Positions 50,708-64,000 of a stretch of 64,000 bases of DNA are shown one piece after another (position 1 is the first letter of the stretch; every line of letters starts with the position of its first letter). The position numbers and the translations under genes were made by a program. The stretch is from Antedon mediterranea. Lineage: Eukaryota; Animalia; Echinodermata. The DNA is taken from NCBI RefSeq assembly GCF_964355755.1, contig NC_092675.1:20494912-20558911 (forward strand), given 5' to 3'. Under the pieces are notes generated by a model that worked only from the letters and a program-made list of their open reading frames with translations, did no database searches and had not been told where the DNA came from.

Positions 50708-53390
50708 TTTCTGTAAAGTTTAAGTTGAACATAAAGCTGCTACAAAGATAGAAAACAAGGCATAGGTTTAGATTAGGTATTTTTTAGTGATAACATATCA
50801 GAATGCTTAATTTATCACTGACATCATCAAACAGTAATTAATAACACTGAACTAAATACTAATATGGTGATGCAATTAAAAAAAATAATATACTACTAAA
50901 AAATAGATGTAATTTCATTGTATGATATAAAAGGAGAATAAAATAACATTGAAAAAAAATACCAATTCTCTTCATGCCTATGATGATTCCGTTGTGTTGC
51001 CTCTGCTCATTCAACCATTACCATATCCTGTCATCAGTGGATAAATTTAGACATGACTAAACACAATTAATTAATCATTCAAAAAGCAAAATGGAGCAAA
51101 TTAAAAAGAACAGCTTGACTAATTTTAGGTTAATGTAACATGTATACATATTTACAGTTGTACAGTGCACAGAAATCCTTCACAATGTCATTATATAGCT
51201 CAGTAAAAATGTTAGGCGTTTTGGGCCTAATTTTCTAAGGACCGAATCGTCCCGGATTCCTGCCGACTCTCTTTAATTTTTCCTGCTGCCTGACAGGCTT
51301 ATCATAAGGGCTAGGCTAGGCCTACGTAATATTCTATAGCCTAGGATCCTACTGCCTGTGCATGCCATGCCTAGGCCTAGTATGACATAATTTATTTATT
51401 TATTTAAATACAATTATTTTATTTGGTCTAGGTAGCTCTAAATCTAATTCACTTTTAACAAATTAAAAGTTTTATACCTTTTCTATTCTATCTCAACTTT
51501 TGTTGTGATAAAGAGCGCCACCAATATTTCTACATTATTTTGATTTGTTGAATATTATAATACAGTTATACATCCATTGTATTTGAGTGTTCAGTTTGTC
51601 GTTTATTTAATTGATATATTAAATAAATATTTCAATAAAATCGAATTATTACGTTCCTAATAAAAACACAGATAACATCTACTGGGCCCGAGGGAATTCA
51701 TGGTGACAAAAGGAGTATTATCATGACCTATTATTCTCATAATGATGTAATTTAAGTTAAGGATACTTAAGTAAAAAGTTTATGAGCAGAACATTCTAGT
51801 AGTATGCAAGTTTTAATGTAATGTAATAACTATACAGCAACAATTCACATGGTCGGGGCTACATTGTAGCCTATCATGACCCAAGGAGGAAAGGTCGGTA
51901 TTATTTACATCATCAGTTTAAAGGCTAAATAGCTCAAGATGCTAATAGTTACTGAAGAACAAAGATAAACTTTATTTAAAGCTGATCAGCACGTTTATCC
52001 AAAAGGTAAAATGTGCCTTTTTGTTATTTCGACAACCCACGAGGTGTTGGATGGAAAGAATTGACTTTTTCCATTAAAAATTACTTTAAAGTATAACGTT
52101 TTTTTTTATTTAAAAAAAGTTACTTTTGAATATTATATAAGAGTTGTTTTTTAATTTTTAAACGTGTGTTTGTATAGATTTGACGTATAGGCCTACTCTG
52201 AAAGATATATTTAAGATAATTTGTAATTAGCAAGTATCTTTTATGGTAAATAATTGACAAATCGTGGAATCAATCTCTGACTAACGGTTCTATAAATGTG
52301 TATTAACTGGAAACAGTCAAGTATAATGACCACTCATTATATTATCCAAAATTCTTTTACTTAGAAAAGAATTTGTAATTTTACGTGGTATATGCGAAAA
52401 GAAATAAATTTTTCGAGCTGTTGTTGGGTCAAGGCGTTATCCATATAAATAAACAAAAATATAATATGTTGCCTATAAAAGTAAAGAAGGAAGATTGTAG
52501 CATCTCTGATTAAACCCTGTAAATATTTACATTAAATTGAGAAATTCATTAATTTCGGTCAATTGCTGACTGTCCGTGGGTCAATACGTCATGTCACTTA
52601 GTTGTTCCTGAGGCTATTTTTTCCAGTTCGCATTCGTGACTATTCTTTTTTTACATTTAATTTGTTTCTTAATTTTTGTTTTTACCGATTTTTTTATATT
52701 TTTGGTTTACGGGGTAATAAATATGACGATTGCAACTAATTAAGTTCACCTAAACAATACCCTCTATTAACTAGCCCGATTTAGCAAACTTGTACGCATG
52801 GCTCGTATTTCAAGATCTGACGTAAAGGTCTAAAATACGATAGAGTTACAGGGGAACGCAATAAAATAGGTTCAAGTGTCACACGCTATGCTCTAACGCG
52901 CACGTATTTCACGGTACAAGTACAAGGCTCGTAACACATTCACGGTCAGTCAGCTCGCAAGAACAACAGGCTATTGTGTCACTTATTACTTTCCACTAAT
53001 GAGCAACATTTAGTTCTTTTTATAGAGGTACGACGTCGCCCACTCTTCACAGGTATGTACGTTTTCATTTAATCCATATGTAACAACTGTTTATAATAGG
53101 ACTATACACTATATACTCTTTAGGCGTATTTTGATATACAGTATAGTGCATTTTGACATCTGGCCTACTGATATATATTTATGGTGTTTATATAGATTTC
53201 TACTTTCGTTATACTGTATAAATCCATATACCTCTTTCTGACGTGACCTTTCACTTTTAATATATTTTGATTTCATAGAAATTAAAAACATTACAAATTA
53301 ATTTAAATTGTATTCATAACCATTTATTTAGATATGTCATAACATACAAATGATGCAAATTAGATCATCATGGACCCTAGGTTTTCACTA

Positions 53391-53430
53391 GTCTCAACAT
53401 GGAGGTATAATTATACCTCCATGGTCTCAA
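53391..53430. mobile_element. 26-bp perfect palindrome flanked by a 7-bp direct repeat (minimal TIR-only element)
   Basis: gtctcaa-CATGGAGGTATAATTATACCTCCATG-gtctcaa. Confidence 0.6.
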
Positions 53431-54200
53431 CAAACTATAATAATTTGAAAGTATGCAAATTAACTACACTGCTTTAAATAGTTAATTATTTTCTAAAAAG
53501 ACACAACTTTAAAAAACAGCTATAATGCCGTCTACAATCACCACCGTTTAAAATACCATAGTTCCATGTGTTAATAATAATAATATTTATTCGGAAAAAG
53601 TTTTTACATTTCATAGGAGCAAGTAATAAGCATAAGCCCAAACAGAAAACTGCTTTTACTCCATCTTGTATGATTAAAAATGCTAAAATAATATATGAGG
53701 CCAGGATCCTCGGATTTGGATAGAGTGGTGTTTTTGTTATGGGAACTTTTTTAGTTGATCTAGTTATCTAAAATTGGTCCCAAGACTGTTGGACTGAACT
53801 TGCTAACAACAATGTATTGTGCTATTTCTTAAAATAGTTATGGTATAATTTAGGGAATTTAATTTTATACAAGGTTGGACATACTGTATACATATGTATA
53901 ATCGAGGAAGAGTGAAATTACACTCTTCACTGGTATAATGAACATACTATACAAAGTGTGACTTTTAAAAATAATAAACTTTTAAAAATAATTATTTCTT
54001 CAAGATTTATTGTTATGCCTACGTCACTTATACGAGTGGATGCTAAAAAATCAAATATGTGACCTTCCGACAAAAATTAAAAAAATATCTCAACTCACTC
54101 GAAGATTCTATACATATATACAATGTAATTCCACTTTAAATGAAGCGAAATCTGTATAAGACATTTTATTTATTTATTTACTTTGGTGCAGAACATTGTT

Positions 54201-57200
54201 ATGGATAAGGATGATGGAAAATGGTTGTCATGGTGCGAGAAACAATTTCGACAGGTGGCACACGAAGATGGTCAAATTTATTTAAATGACTTTCAAAAGG
54301 CACTCAACATCAAAAAGGTATTTTAATTTAAAATTTGAAAATCATAAACTGATAAATCGCTCAAACATCGTTATCTTTTATACCCATATAGTAAACTCTA
54401 TGTTTGCACTTAGGCCTATAGATCATTAACCATTGTGTAATGTGAACATAGCCTATATACATGTATAAAGGTAAATAATACATTCTACCACTTATGTAAC
54501 CATCAGCTAGTGTTTGACTCGACAGATAAACAAATGTATTGTTGGTTTCAGTGAAGGGGGTGACGGGGAGGAGGGTGGGGCAATGAAAACGCAATAACGT
54601 CGATGCAAAAGGATACTGAAAAGAGCGTATAGTCCTACTACGTAGGCTTTTATTTATTCAAATTGTGCCTTATTCATGATGCCCTCTTATGCCTATTAAA
54701 ATATGAAATAGCAATTTATCACGAAAAAAAGAAACTTTGGTAAGAATTTGTCGGAATCGGAAAACACTACTTCTATTCATAAGCTTCATAATTCTATCCA
54801 AAGTTATAAACAGAGATAATAAATTTCAAGAAATATTTTTTTGTTAAAATACCATGTTTACGTGCGGATGATTTATATTCTGTTGTGTTACGTTTAAAAT
54901 ATGTGTTCTCGAAGGAATTCGTTTATTCCCATAAACACTCGACTTATACACCGACCTTTTAATTTTATGACAGGTAATGCAATATTTTAGAGAGACGTAT
55001 ACGGGGCGCAGTACGAGACATTTTTGCTATATTTATTTAACATTTGTGTCCATACAAAGAGACTGCAGTAGGCCTACATCTCGGTAGGCCTAATTTCGAA
55101 ATGGCCTAATATGTAAACATCAAAGTGCACACATTATCCTACACATCATTCTGTTACGTTATGTGAGGTCACAAAAGTATTTGAATTAATTATGTTGTAT
55201 TAACTTAATTAATGTGTGATGATAAATTAACATGTTCCAATGGCTTCCCGTAGATATAACTTTGTGAGAAGTAAAGAATCGCTGTTAACTTTATAGCTAA
55301 CAGTTTACGACGATCATAACTCTACCTGTAAAGTTGTTATACCACTTTGACGGGTCACGGTAATTTGAACAATATAAATGATAGTGTTTTACAATGAGAC
55401 CGTGTGTTGTGCCGAAATATTAAATATGATTTAGAATCTTTCTTTTATTATTCATAGTTATGAATAACATTAGTTGTGTTCTTCGTTAATAGTTTACCTG
55501 TAGCTCATGTGAACGGACATTCCACACCTGTCTTTGATCAACTTTGGCATCTGTTTCTAGAAAAACTACATTCACGTGACTTGTACCATTTAATTTCATG
55601 GAAAAAAGACATTAATTGGAGTTGAAATTTGCCTATTGTTGGCCTTTAAAGTTAATTTTCCTAATCTGTTATCTCCGATAACATTTATCAGATTTCTGTC
55701 CCATGTTGTATTTTATTTCAATTTTGTTGTTTCTTTTACATTACACGATTTACGACGATCTGACGCGGAAAAAATCATACCATCTGTTAAGTCACAATTA
55801 TAATTATTCCTTTCCTCTTTAAAAAAAATAGTCATTTTTTGCCGAACGTTTCTTTAAACTATTTGACACCGACGAGTCAGGCGGAATAAGTTTATGCGAA
55901 CTACTAGACGCACTGGGCGTTCTACTTCACGGAACATCTAGGGATAAATTACACTTTCTGTTCAGAGTTTATGATGTAGACGGTGAGTATGGAAAAAAAT
56001 AGTGCTTGTGGTATAAACCTAGTTCTTTTAATTAATTAGGGAAGCTGAATTGAAACCGTAGGCCTACATTACTTCTACTGCTTTATTTTTAAATCATTAC
56101 GCATGCGTCGTTTCTTCAAAAGTTCGTGCTCAACACGCAATGTATGAAAAGCAATTATGTTTTTAGTTCCTATGTTTCCTGTTCATTTTCTATTATCAAT
56201 AAAATCAGGAAATACAGAATGAGAAAAAAAATACTGGAGGTTAACTGAAGAGAAAGAAAGTTATGATAATGCCAACATGAAAAGAACGGCGGTATTACGA
56301 TAGGCCTCCATCGGGACCATTGGCTACGACGAGTTATTGCCAGAACTGTGGAAACAAGTTCTTGAACTTTTTGCTTTACATCACAAATAAAATTGTTCAG
56401 AATCCAAATTGGTTTGGAAGTTTTTCGATACGCCTTTATTCTTTACAGGTAATGGGACCATTGACTATGACGAGTTATATACAGTACTTAAATCGTGTAT
56501 GGCTGAAAGTGCAATCCAGCTAAGCGATGAGACTTTACGAGAACTTACAAGCATTTTATTTGATGAGGCTGACGAAGACGATAACGGTGCAATCACGTTC
56601 GACGAATTACAAACTCAGCTCGCTAAATATCCTGATATTACTGATAATTTAACTGTAAGGTAAGTACATGCAGCTATAGGTTGATTTATTTAACTGTAAG
56701 GTGAGTACATCTAGCTATAAGTTTATTGATTTAACTGTAAGGTGGATACATCTAGCTATAAGTTTATTGATTTAACTGTAAGGTGGATACATCTAGCTAT
56801 AAGTTTATTGATTTAACTGTAAGGTGGATACATCTAGCTATAAGTTTATTGATTTAACTGTAAGGGGAGTGCATCTAGCTATAAGTTTATTGATTTAACT
56901 GTAAGGGGAGTGCATCTAGCTATAAGTTTATTGATTTAACTGTAAGGGGAGTGCATCTAGCTATAAGTTTATTGATTTAACTGTAAGGTGGATACATCTA
57001 GCTATAAGTTTATTGATTTAACTGTAAGGTGGATACATCTAGCTATAAGTTTATTGATTTAACTGTAAGGGGAGTGCATCTAGCTATAAGTTTATTGATT
57101 TAACTGTAAGGTGAGTACATCTAGCTATAAGTTTATTGATTTAACTGTAAGGTGGATACATCTAGCTATAAGTTTATTGATTTAACTGTAAGGTGGATAC

Positions 57201-60200
57201 ATCTAGCTATAAGTTTATTGATTTAACTGTAAGGGGAGTGCATCTAGCTATAAGTTTATTGATTTAACTGTAAGGGGAGTGCATCTAGCTATAAGTTTAT
57301 TGATTTAACTGTAAGGTGAGTACATCCAGCTATAAGTTTATTGATTTAACTGTAAGGTGAGTACATCTAGCTATAAGTTTATTGATTTAACTGTAAGGGG
57401 AGTGCATCTAGCTATAAGTTTATTGATTTAACTGTAAGGTGAGTACATCCAGCTATAAGTTGATATACGGTATGTTTTCTATAACATGTAGGCTAGAAAT
57501 AAATGTATATATCCAAAGGATATTTTAAAATATATATCTATTTGTTGATTTGGGTAAACTATGCTATAGTTGGTCTTTTTAGTTCAGTTGACTTATTGAT
57601 ATTTCATTATTTTATAAAAGTACAATAGGCCCTAATAAACGTAATGTATAGATAGATAATTAATATATTATACCCATCTCAACTTACTGGGTGATACAAC
57701 AGGGAACAGAAGGGTCATAAAGATAAATGATGATTTTAGTGAACATGAAAATTGCAAAGTGAGAATAAAATCTACACCTCAATGCATGCATCGTTATTAT
57801 TTTATTTTACAGTGCTGCAACATGGTTACATCCACCGCCAGTAAAGCGACGTTGTAAGCCCTCTGTAAAATGTTTCCGAAGAAAATACATTCGCAACAAT
57901 TTGCCTTTGCTTGTCTTTATTGTGGTTTATATTTGTATAAATGTAGCTCTCTTTGTGAGAGCTTATCAGCGAATTACACAAATGAATATTGGGTGTTTCT
58001 GGCTTAGTATTGCCAAAGGATGTGGTGAGTATGAGGAGTACTGTAAAAACTATTAAGTCTATGTCTACAGTTAAAGCATTTGTTTTTGTAGCTCTCTTTT
58101 TACATCTATGAGGGGGTTTCTTACACTTTCTTATAACTTGTTCTGACTTATCTCTTTCTTGGGTAGTTTTGAGTTATACGTCTTGGTTTTTGTCAGTTTA
58201 CCTCCATTAGCCTGGGTTTTCAAAACCCTATCTTATCTAGATTGCCAAAGTATTGTATTATTATTTATATTAAGGAGTGTGTTTAAACTTTAATCAACGT
58301 CTTCTATCTATACTAGTTGTCGTTGTGATGAAATACTGTGCTTTATTATGCATAGAGTTTTGCTACATCACATAATTCCTCTCTCGTCCTTTTTCTCCTC
58401 AATGTTTCTACATATCATTTTCTCCAGACTGTCTCAATCCAGTGTGGCAATATGTCCAAATTATTGCAATTTTTCTTTGAAAATTCATGTGAGTACAGTA
58501 GTGTGGCTTTTTGGTCTGGCCCTTCCTAAACTATCTTACCTGTATTGCTTCTATAAATAATATATCACTTGTATTTATATTCAGGCGCGTGTTTAGACTT
58601 CAATGGCAGTCTGCTACTGTTTCTAATGTTGAGGAAATGTTTAACGTTGATACGAGGGACACGTTTAGCTCACTATCTACCAATTGATCAGCATATCTGT
58701 CTTCACAAATCAGTAGCCTGCATAATCATTCTACTGTCGACCATTCACACTGGTGCACACGTCATGAATTTCTGTAAGTACCGTAGGCCACTGATTATCT
58801 TGTAACTATGGTAGCCTGGCTAGCGCGCCTGATTTGAATTGATGTCAGACACATGTGTTATTTTTTTAGTGAACTGTGACAATAAGAACTCGGCGTTGTC
58901 GATAATAGAGTACCTGTTCACACTTAAGTCAGATATCGGATGGGTAGCAGGAACAGCAAATATCACCGGAGTATTACTTTTGGTATTACTTATTTTTATA
59001 TCTATATGTTCGGTATCGTTGGTGCGACAGAAAGGTTATTTTCAAGTAAGTATTCTTATAACCCACGTGGTTCATGCATAACATGATGATAAATTTCAGT
59101 TGAGATCAAAGTCACACAATTGTTAGTGGTTGAAAATGACTATTCTCATTTTTATTTAAGCCTTAAAAGCGTCTATGATTATGTTTGCTTTAAGTTTTCA
59201 TTTTTAAGGTCTGTATAATCAACATAGTACCATGATTGGAACTGCATCCTTATGGGTTACTTGCTTTGCAATTTTTAGAGTTCGAAGTTTCGAACAACTT
59301 GTGAAATTGCGATTTTAAAAGTAGTGATAGTGACGAGGCATTATTGGGTATATATCTAAATTAGAGAATCATAGGAAAATTACTAATCCATGTTATTCAC
59401 TCTTCCATAGGTATTCTATTGGACTCATCAATTATCTATAATATGGTGGTTACTCTTAATTGTACATGCGCAGAGGTTCTGGATGTGGTTCACGCTTCCA
59501 GGAGGGATTTATGTTGTAGAACGTGTACTTAGAATGAAACCCGTTAGAAAAGCAAAGTTTGGAACGATATGTATTAATCAAGCCGTGGTACTGCCCGACA
59601 AGGTAATACAATATGGCTATTATAGTACTAATATTATCATTTTATCAATTGCAAATTATTTTTTTTGTTATATCTTTTAATTTTGCTTAACAATCTCTTT
59701 CTTATCATTTTTAATTTTTAACTCTAGCATATTATAAAGTTAAAATACATTGAATTGAAATCCCACTTTATTTAATTCGAAGGTGCTACATCTTGTGATT
59801 CCTAGGCCTAGTAACTTCACTTTCCAAGCCGGAGAGTACATTTACATCAACATCCCAAGCATAGCACGTCATGAATGGCATCCATTTACTGTCAGTAGCG
59901 CCCCAGAACAACAAAGTAAGTGTAAGAATTTTAATAGAAGACGTAAGCTTATCAAATTATCGATAGTTAAAAAAACATCCATTTTCACTAATAATCAACA
60001 TGATTGAATCTCTATTCAATTAAATCCAATACAATCATTATCATGTTTTTTACATTGCAGATTTTCTATCTGTGCATATTCGTTCAATGGGAAATTGGAC
60101 TAAGAAGTTATACAACCAGTTTGATGTAAAATATGCGAACCATATTGCTGAGATACATATAAACGATTGTCAAGAACAACAAACGCATGTTTTACAATTA

Positions 60201-62675
60201 ACAGATGTTGAAAATAATCTAACAACACTTGCAGAAGAAGCATCAAACTGCGGCTCTCGATCTACCATTCGAGGATCTTGTTCTTCTGTTGTCACATCTG
60301 AAATATGTAATGATGTAGAAAACACTTCAAGGGGAGAGAGTGTAAAATCAGACAAAACTCTGTCAAGTAATAATATATTAAGTAACAAGAATCAAAATGA
60401 GTTGTCAAAATCACAAAATTTAAAAACAAACATTCAGAAACCTCAAAGTAAAGCGCGTAGGCCAAACAGTGTTAATAAAGAGTCTATGAACACGACGGCA
60501 AAACCAGAGCCACGCTCCCCACGCCGGAAGAATGCGATTGCTGGTATTTCTGTGCGCAATGAAAATGAGACAATTGTAAAACCAAAAGCTAACAAATCTA
60601 AATTAAACAAAATACATCCGACTTGTGCAACTGATTCAATGAACCAGCGTTCTGATTATAATAAAAATGCACTGCCTAGTATTAGGACATCGAGTGAACG
60701 AAAAGAGGTTGGTGGAACAAATCAAAAAGTTGTCAAACCGAAGAAACCAAAGCCGTTACGAAGACGTTTGACGCAACACTCGTTGGATGTTGCGTTGGAA
60801 GGCGCGTCTTCGTGTGGAACAGGTATAGAGGTAAGCTCTAGTTTTAAATTGAAATGGAAAGAACAACAACGATGTAGGCTACTTCTGGTTCTGGATATCT
60901 GAAACTCGGGATTACTATCACATTAATCGCCCATCTTCTCTCTGGTAGTATAGTGACCGTCTGTAACCTCTGTCTAGTGTCCCTGTCTAGAAGCTTTGTT
61001 CAAATTTGTATATTTTTTATTTTTTAAGTTTCATTCTTTGTCTTTGTTGGAACCAATCTTAAAGTTTTTTGGGGCTTATTTGGTCTCTCCGGACACAACT
61101 GCATACACATTAAATAGTGTGTGTCATGTAAAAGGGAAGACTATCCACTTTATATGACGTGCTGTGTGTGAATAAAGAAAAAATGAATTTGATTGAATTG
61201 AATCACTTAGTAAAGTGACATGAGTCAGAGAGCAGAAACATTGATTTAAAAAAATAATTTGAGTTAAATTGTATTAATCACGATGTTTTGATTTCTTATT
61301 TAGATTTACATAGACGGTCCATATGGTGCGCCATCTCAGCATATTTTCCAAGCAGAGCATGCCGTGTTGATTGGGGCCGGTATTGGCGTAACACCATTTG
61401 CATCAATCCTTCAAAGTATCCATGAACGACACAAAGTAGCGAAACGTACGTGTCCCAGTTGCAAACACGCATGGGTCGAAGACACGACAACAATTATGAG
61501 ATTAAAGAAGGTAGATTTTGACAATGTATTTCAGAAAGACTACAAACCATTGCATGTTTAAAGTGAGCTTATGAGCAATGAAGGAAATAAACGGTATTTA
61601 ATATTCATGAATTTATCTGATATGAGAAGAGCACGCGATTTTACATCTTAGTCATTAGGTACAACTGAACTGACTTGTAAGTAAGTCATTGAGAAAAAAA
61701 CCTATGTGTATCAAAATGACTTGCAATAGTCAGTTAAGTTGTACCTTATGACAGCTGCAGAATCGGATGTTTTGTTGAGATGTCCCTTCTGTTTCGGACA
61801 GTTCCGTTTAAAGACTATCAACATTGTATGTTTTTGTAAAATACCAATATTGACGAAGTACTTATAATTTCGTGTTTATGTCGTTTAGGTTGATTTTATT
61901 TGGATTAATCGGGACCAGAAATCTTTCGAGTGGTTTATAAGTCTGCTCAACCAGATTGAAGTGGAACAGCAAATTATTGAACCATCAAACCGATTCCTGA
62001 ACATTCACCTTTATATGACATCAGCGTTGAACAAGAATGACGTCAAAGCTATTGGTCTGCACATGGCACTTGATCTGTTACATAAGAAGAGCAATAGAGA
62101 CACCATCACGGGACTGATGACGCGGACGCAGCCAGGAAAACCTGATTGGAACCAGGTAATAACCGATAAACTGTCGGTGGAAACGGGGTTTAACCGATTC
62201 CATGTAAAAAAAAATTAACCGATAATTATCTCATTCAAATCGGATAATTATCGGATAAATGCGATAATTTTTAATCTTTGATCTGGATGACAATTTGTGA
62301 TTGGGCATCTGGTTGTTTGGTAATCACTACCATATTTGAGCATATCACACTTTTAATCAAACCAGTTTGATAGTGTAGACTTAGCTTTATTATAAACTAG
62401 AGTACTATTAAACTACATATATAGTATACAAACATGGTTAATTACGTTGTACTAATGATTTATTACCATATTTTTCTTCTCCTCATAAATGTGTTTACAG
62501 TAGCGATACCATATTATCGGCATATTATATTTCTTATTTATAGGTTTTTACAAATATTCGAAATACAAAACAAGGAAAAGTAACGGTTTTCTTTTGTGGT
62601 GTACCAGAACTCGGTGACATCATCAGTAAAAAGAGCTCACAGTTTGGATTCGAATTCAGGAAAGAAAACTTTTAG
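54201..62675 (+). CDS. NOX5: Calcium-dependent NADPH oxidase NOX5, 918 aa. Exons 54201-54317, 55832-55982, 56449-56659, 57813-58024, 58585-58773, 58870-59045, 59411-59602, 59783-59915, 60061-60830, 61304-61510, 61889-62155, 62544-62675
   Basis: EF hands (SFFAERFFKLFDTDESGGIS, YDVDGNGTIDYDEL, ADEDDNGAITFDEL); heme histidines (LHK...IHTGAH, FYWTH...IVH); FAD motif HEWHPFTVSS; DGPYG; GAGIGVTPFAS; CPSCKH; WINRDQKSFEWF; VFFCG; C-terminal KENF; 2757 nt in frame. Confidence 0.95.
56648..57462 (+). repeat. 41-bp minisatellite, 20 units, made of the NOX5 exon-3 end plus its 5' splice site
   Basis: Unit tttaactgtaag|gtgagtacatctagctataagtttattga; native donor after 56659, last copy after 57438 (56659+19x41). 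Confidence 0.95.
62322..62387. mobile_element. Partial Harbinger-like MITE copy
   Basis: atcactaccatatttgagcatatcacac...gtttgatagtgtagac. Confidence 0.65.
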
Positions 62676-64000
62676 GAGATGTTTCAATAAATCTTTCAGA
62701 CTTTTACTTCTGTGAATAAGTGTCGCTTACTTCTGTGATTAAGTGTCTCTTAAAAAGATATACAAAATATTAAACCAAACTTGTCAAGGAGTAAGATCGC
62801 ATCCAGGCTACCGGGGTACACCAGCCATGAAAAGCAACTCAGCACTGTCTCTGACAGTACAAAGTTGTTGCTTAATATCACTAATGCTAACATTTTCTAC
62901 CGATTCATTCAGTTTTTTATATATATTTTAAAAGGAACAAACAATACTATACTATACTTATTTTGTACAAATGTACGGTAACTTCTTTAATTTCCAATAT
63001 TTGACGGATACTTCTGACTGATTTCATACACACAATTAGGTTATTCGATTTAGTTTGTTCGGTATTCTAAATCTTAGCAGACCAGATATATGCTCGATTT
63101 CATCGATGCTTAGATTTTATGAAAGTTTGAGCGTATTAGGGAGCTCCTGATTTTGTACATATTCATATTATAAATACTGTATAAAAATTGTAAAACTTAA
63201 GTGAGTTTAAACTTCTGTATTCTGTCTAAAGTATTGTTGAACATTAGGGGTTCTGGAGTCGTCAACATAACAATTTACATATTCATATATGATTGTAAAT
63301 ATATGGTAAATATTGTGAAACTTAAGTAAGTTTGAGCGTCTATATTATTGATTGATGGACATTAGGGGATTATGATTCGGATGTTAACATAACATTTCAC
63401 ATACTGTATTCATATTGTAAATTTGAAAACTTGTTATTAGATTATTTTTGTATCGTAATATAGAAACAAAATCGTAGATATACAGAAAAATATCAGGTAG
63501 AAAATCTTGTATTTTTATAAATGTAATATATAAAATAATTTGTACCGCTGTCTAAAATAAATGTATAAACTAATAACAAAACAAATAGACGTATTTCATT
63601 TCAAGCATCTGTCCTGTTTAATTTAATGTAACATTTATATAATTCAAAAGGAAAGAAAGAAAAATATGTTTCGAAGAAATGGTTTTAATTTCTCTTCTGG
63701 ACAATGTATAAACTGGCGATTACAAACTCTTCTTTCATTTCTGTACACAGATTTAGAAGAAGAAGAAGAATTTTGCAAAGTTTGCTACAGTAGTATAGAC
63801 CTGTTTCAAACTTCGGCAAACATTAGTGTAGACCTGTTTCAACTTCGGCAAACTGCAGAGGTTTGCTGAAGTCCACAATAGCAAAGCTTTAGTCTCTAGT
63901 GTATGTAGACCAGTTGAGGATAAAAACTACATAAAACAACAATAACGTTTGAATTGAAAGTCAGAATTACAATTACTAAATAAATTCCAATCATGTTTCC

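Noticed and set aside
56648-57462. CRISPR-like appearance of the regular arrays here and at 17651 and 47436
   Set aside because: Head-to-tail repeats with no unique spacers, no cas genes, and eukaryotic context
63666-63869. 67-aa ORF near the window end
   Set aside because: Contains a short tandem duplication and no recognisable domain; cannot be supported as an exon

Overview
AT-rich, intron-containing animal DNA. An invertebrate deuterostome, probably an echinoderm, is inferred from a Deu-domain SINE and the gene set; this is not proven. Genes reconstructed by hand from splice sites, in order: 3' part of ABCD3 (+), a 9-exon SLC25 mitochondrial carrier (-) containing a U12 AT-AC intron, a class A orphan GPCR with a single coding exon (+), TIMM29 (-) head-to-head with a PGAP6/TMEM8-family gene (+), FBXW9 (-) and NOX5 (+). 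Non-coding DNA holds many non-autonomous elements: about 13 copies of one Harbinger-like MITE (two with nested insertions), a Helitron, a Kolobok-type element, a Helentron/DINE-1-type element carrying two tRNA-Val-like copies, SINEs and several satellites. There is also an apparently identical 5,712-bp tandem duplication that copies the TIMM29 3' end. I found no wholly new multi-gene system. The most unusual signals are a 20-unit array of the NOX5 exon-3 splice donor, the tRNA-carrying rolling-circle element, the AT-AC intron, and a SINE that supplies an in-frame donor to FBXW9. Most long ORFs in the supplied track are satellite artefacts.
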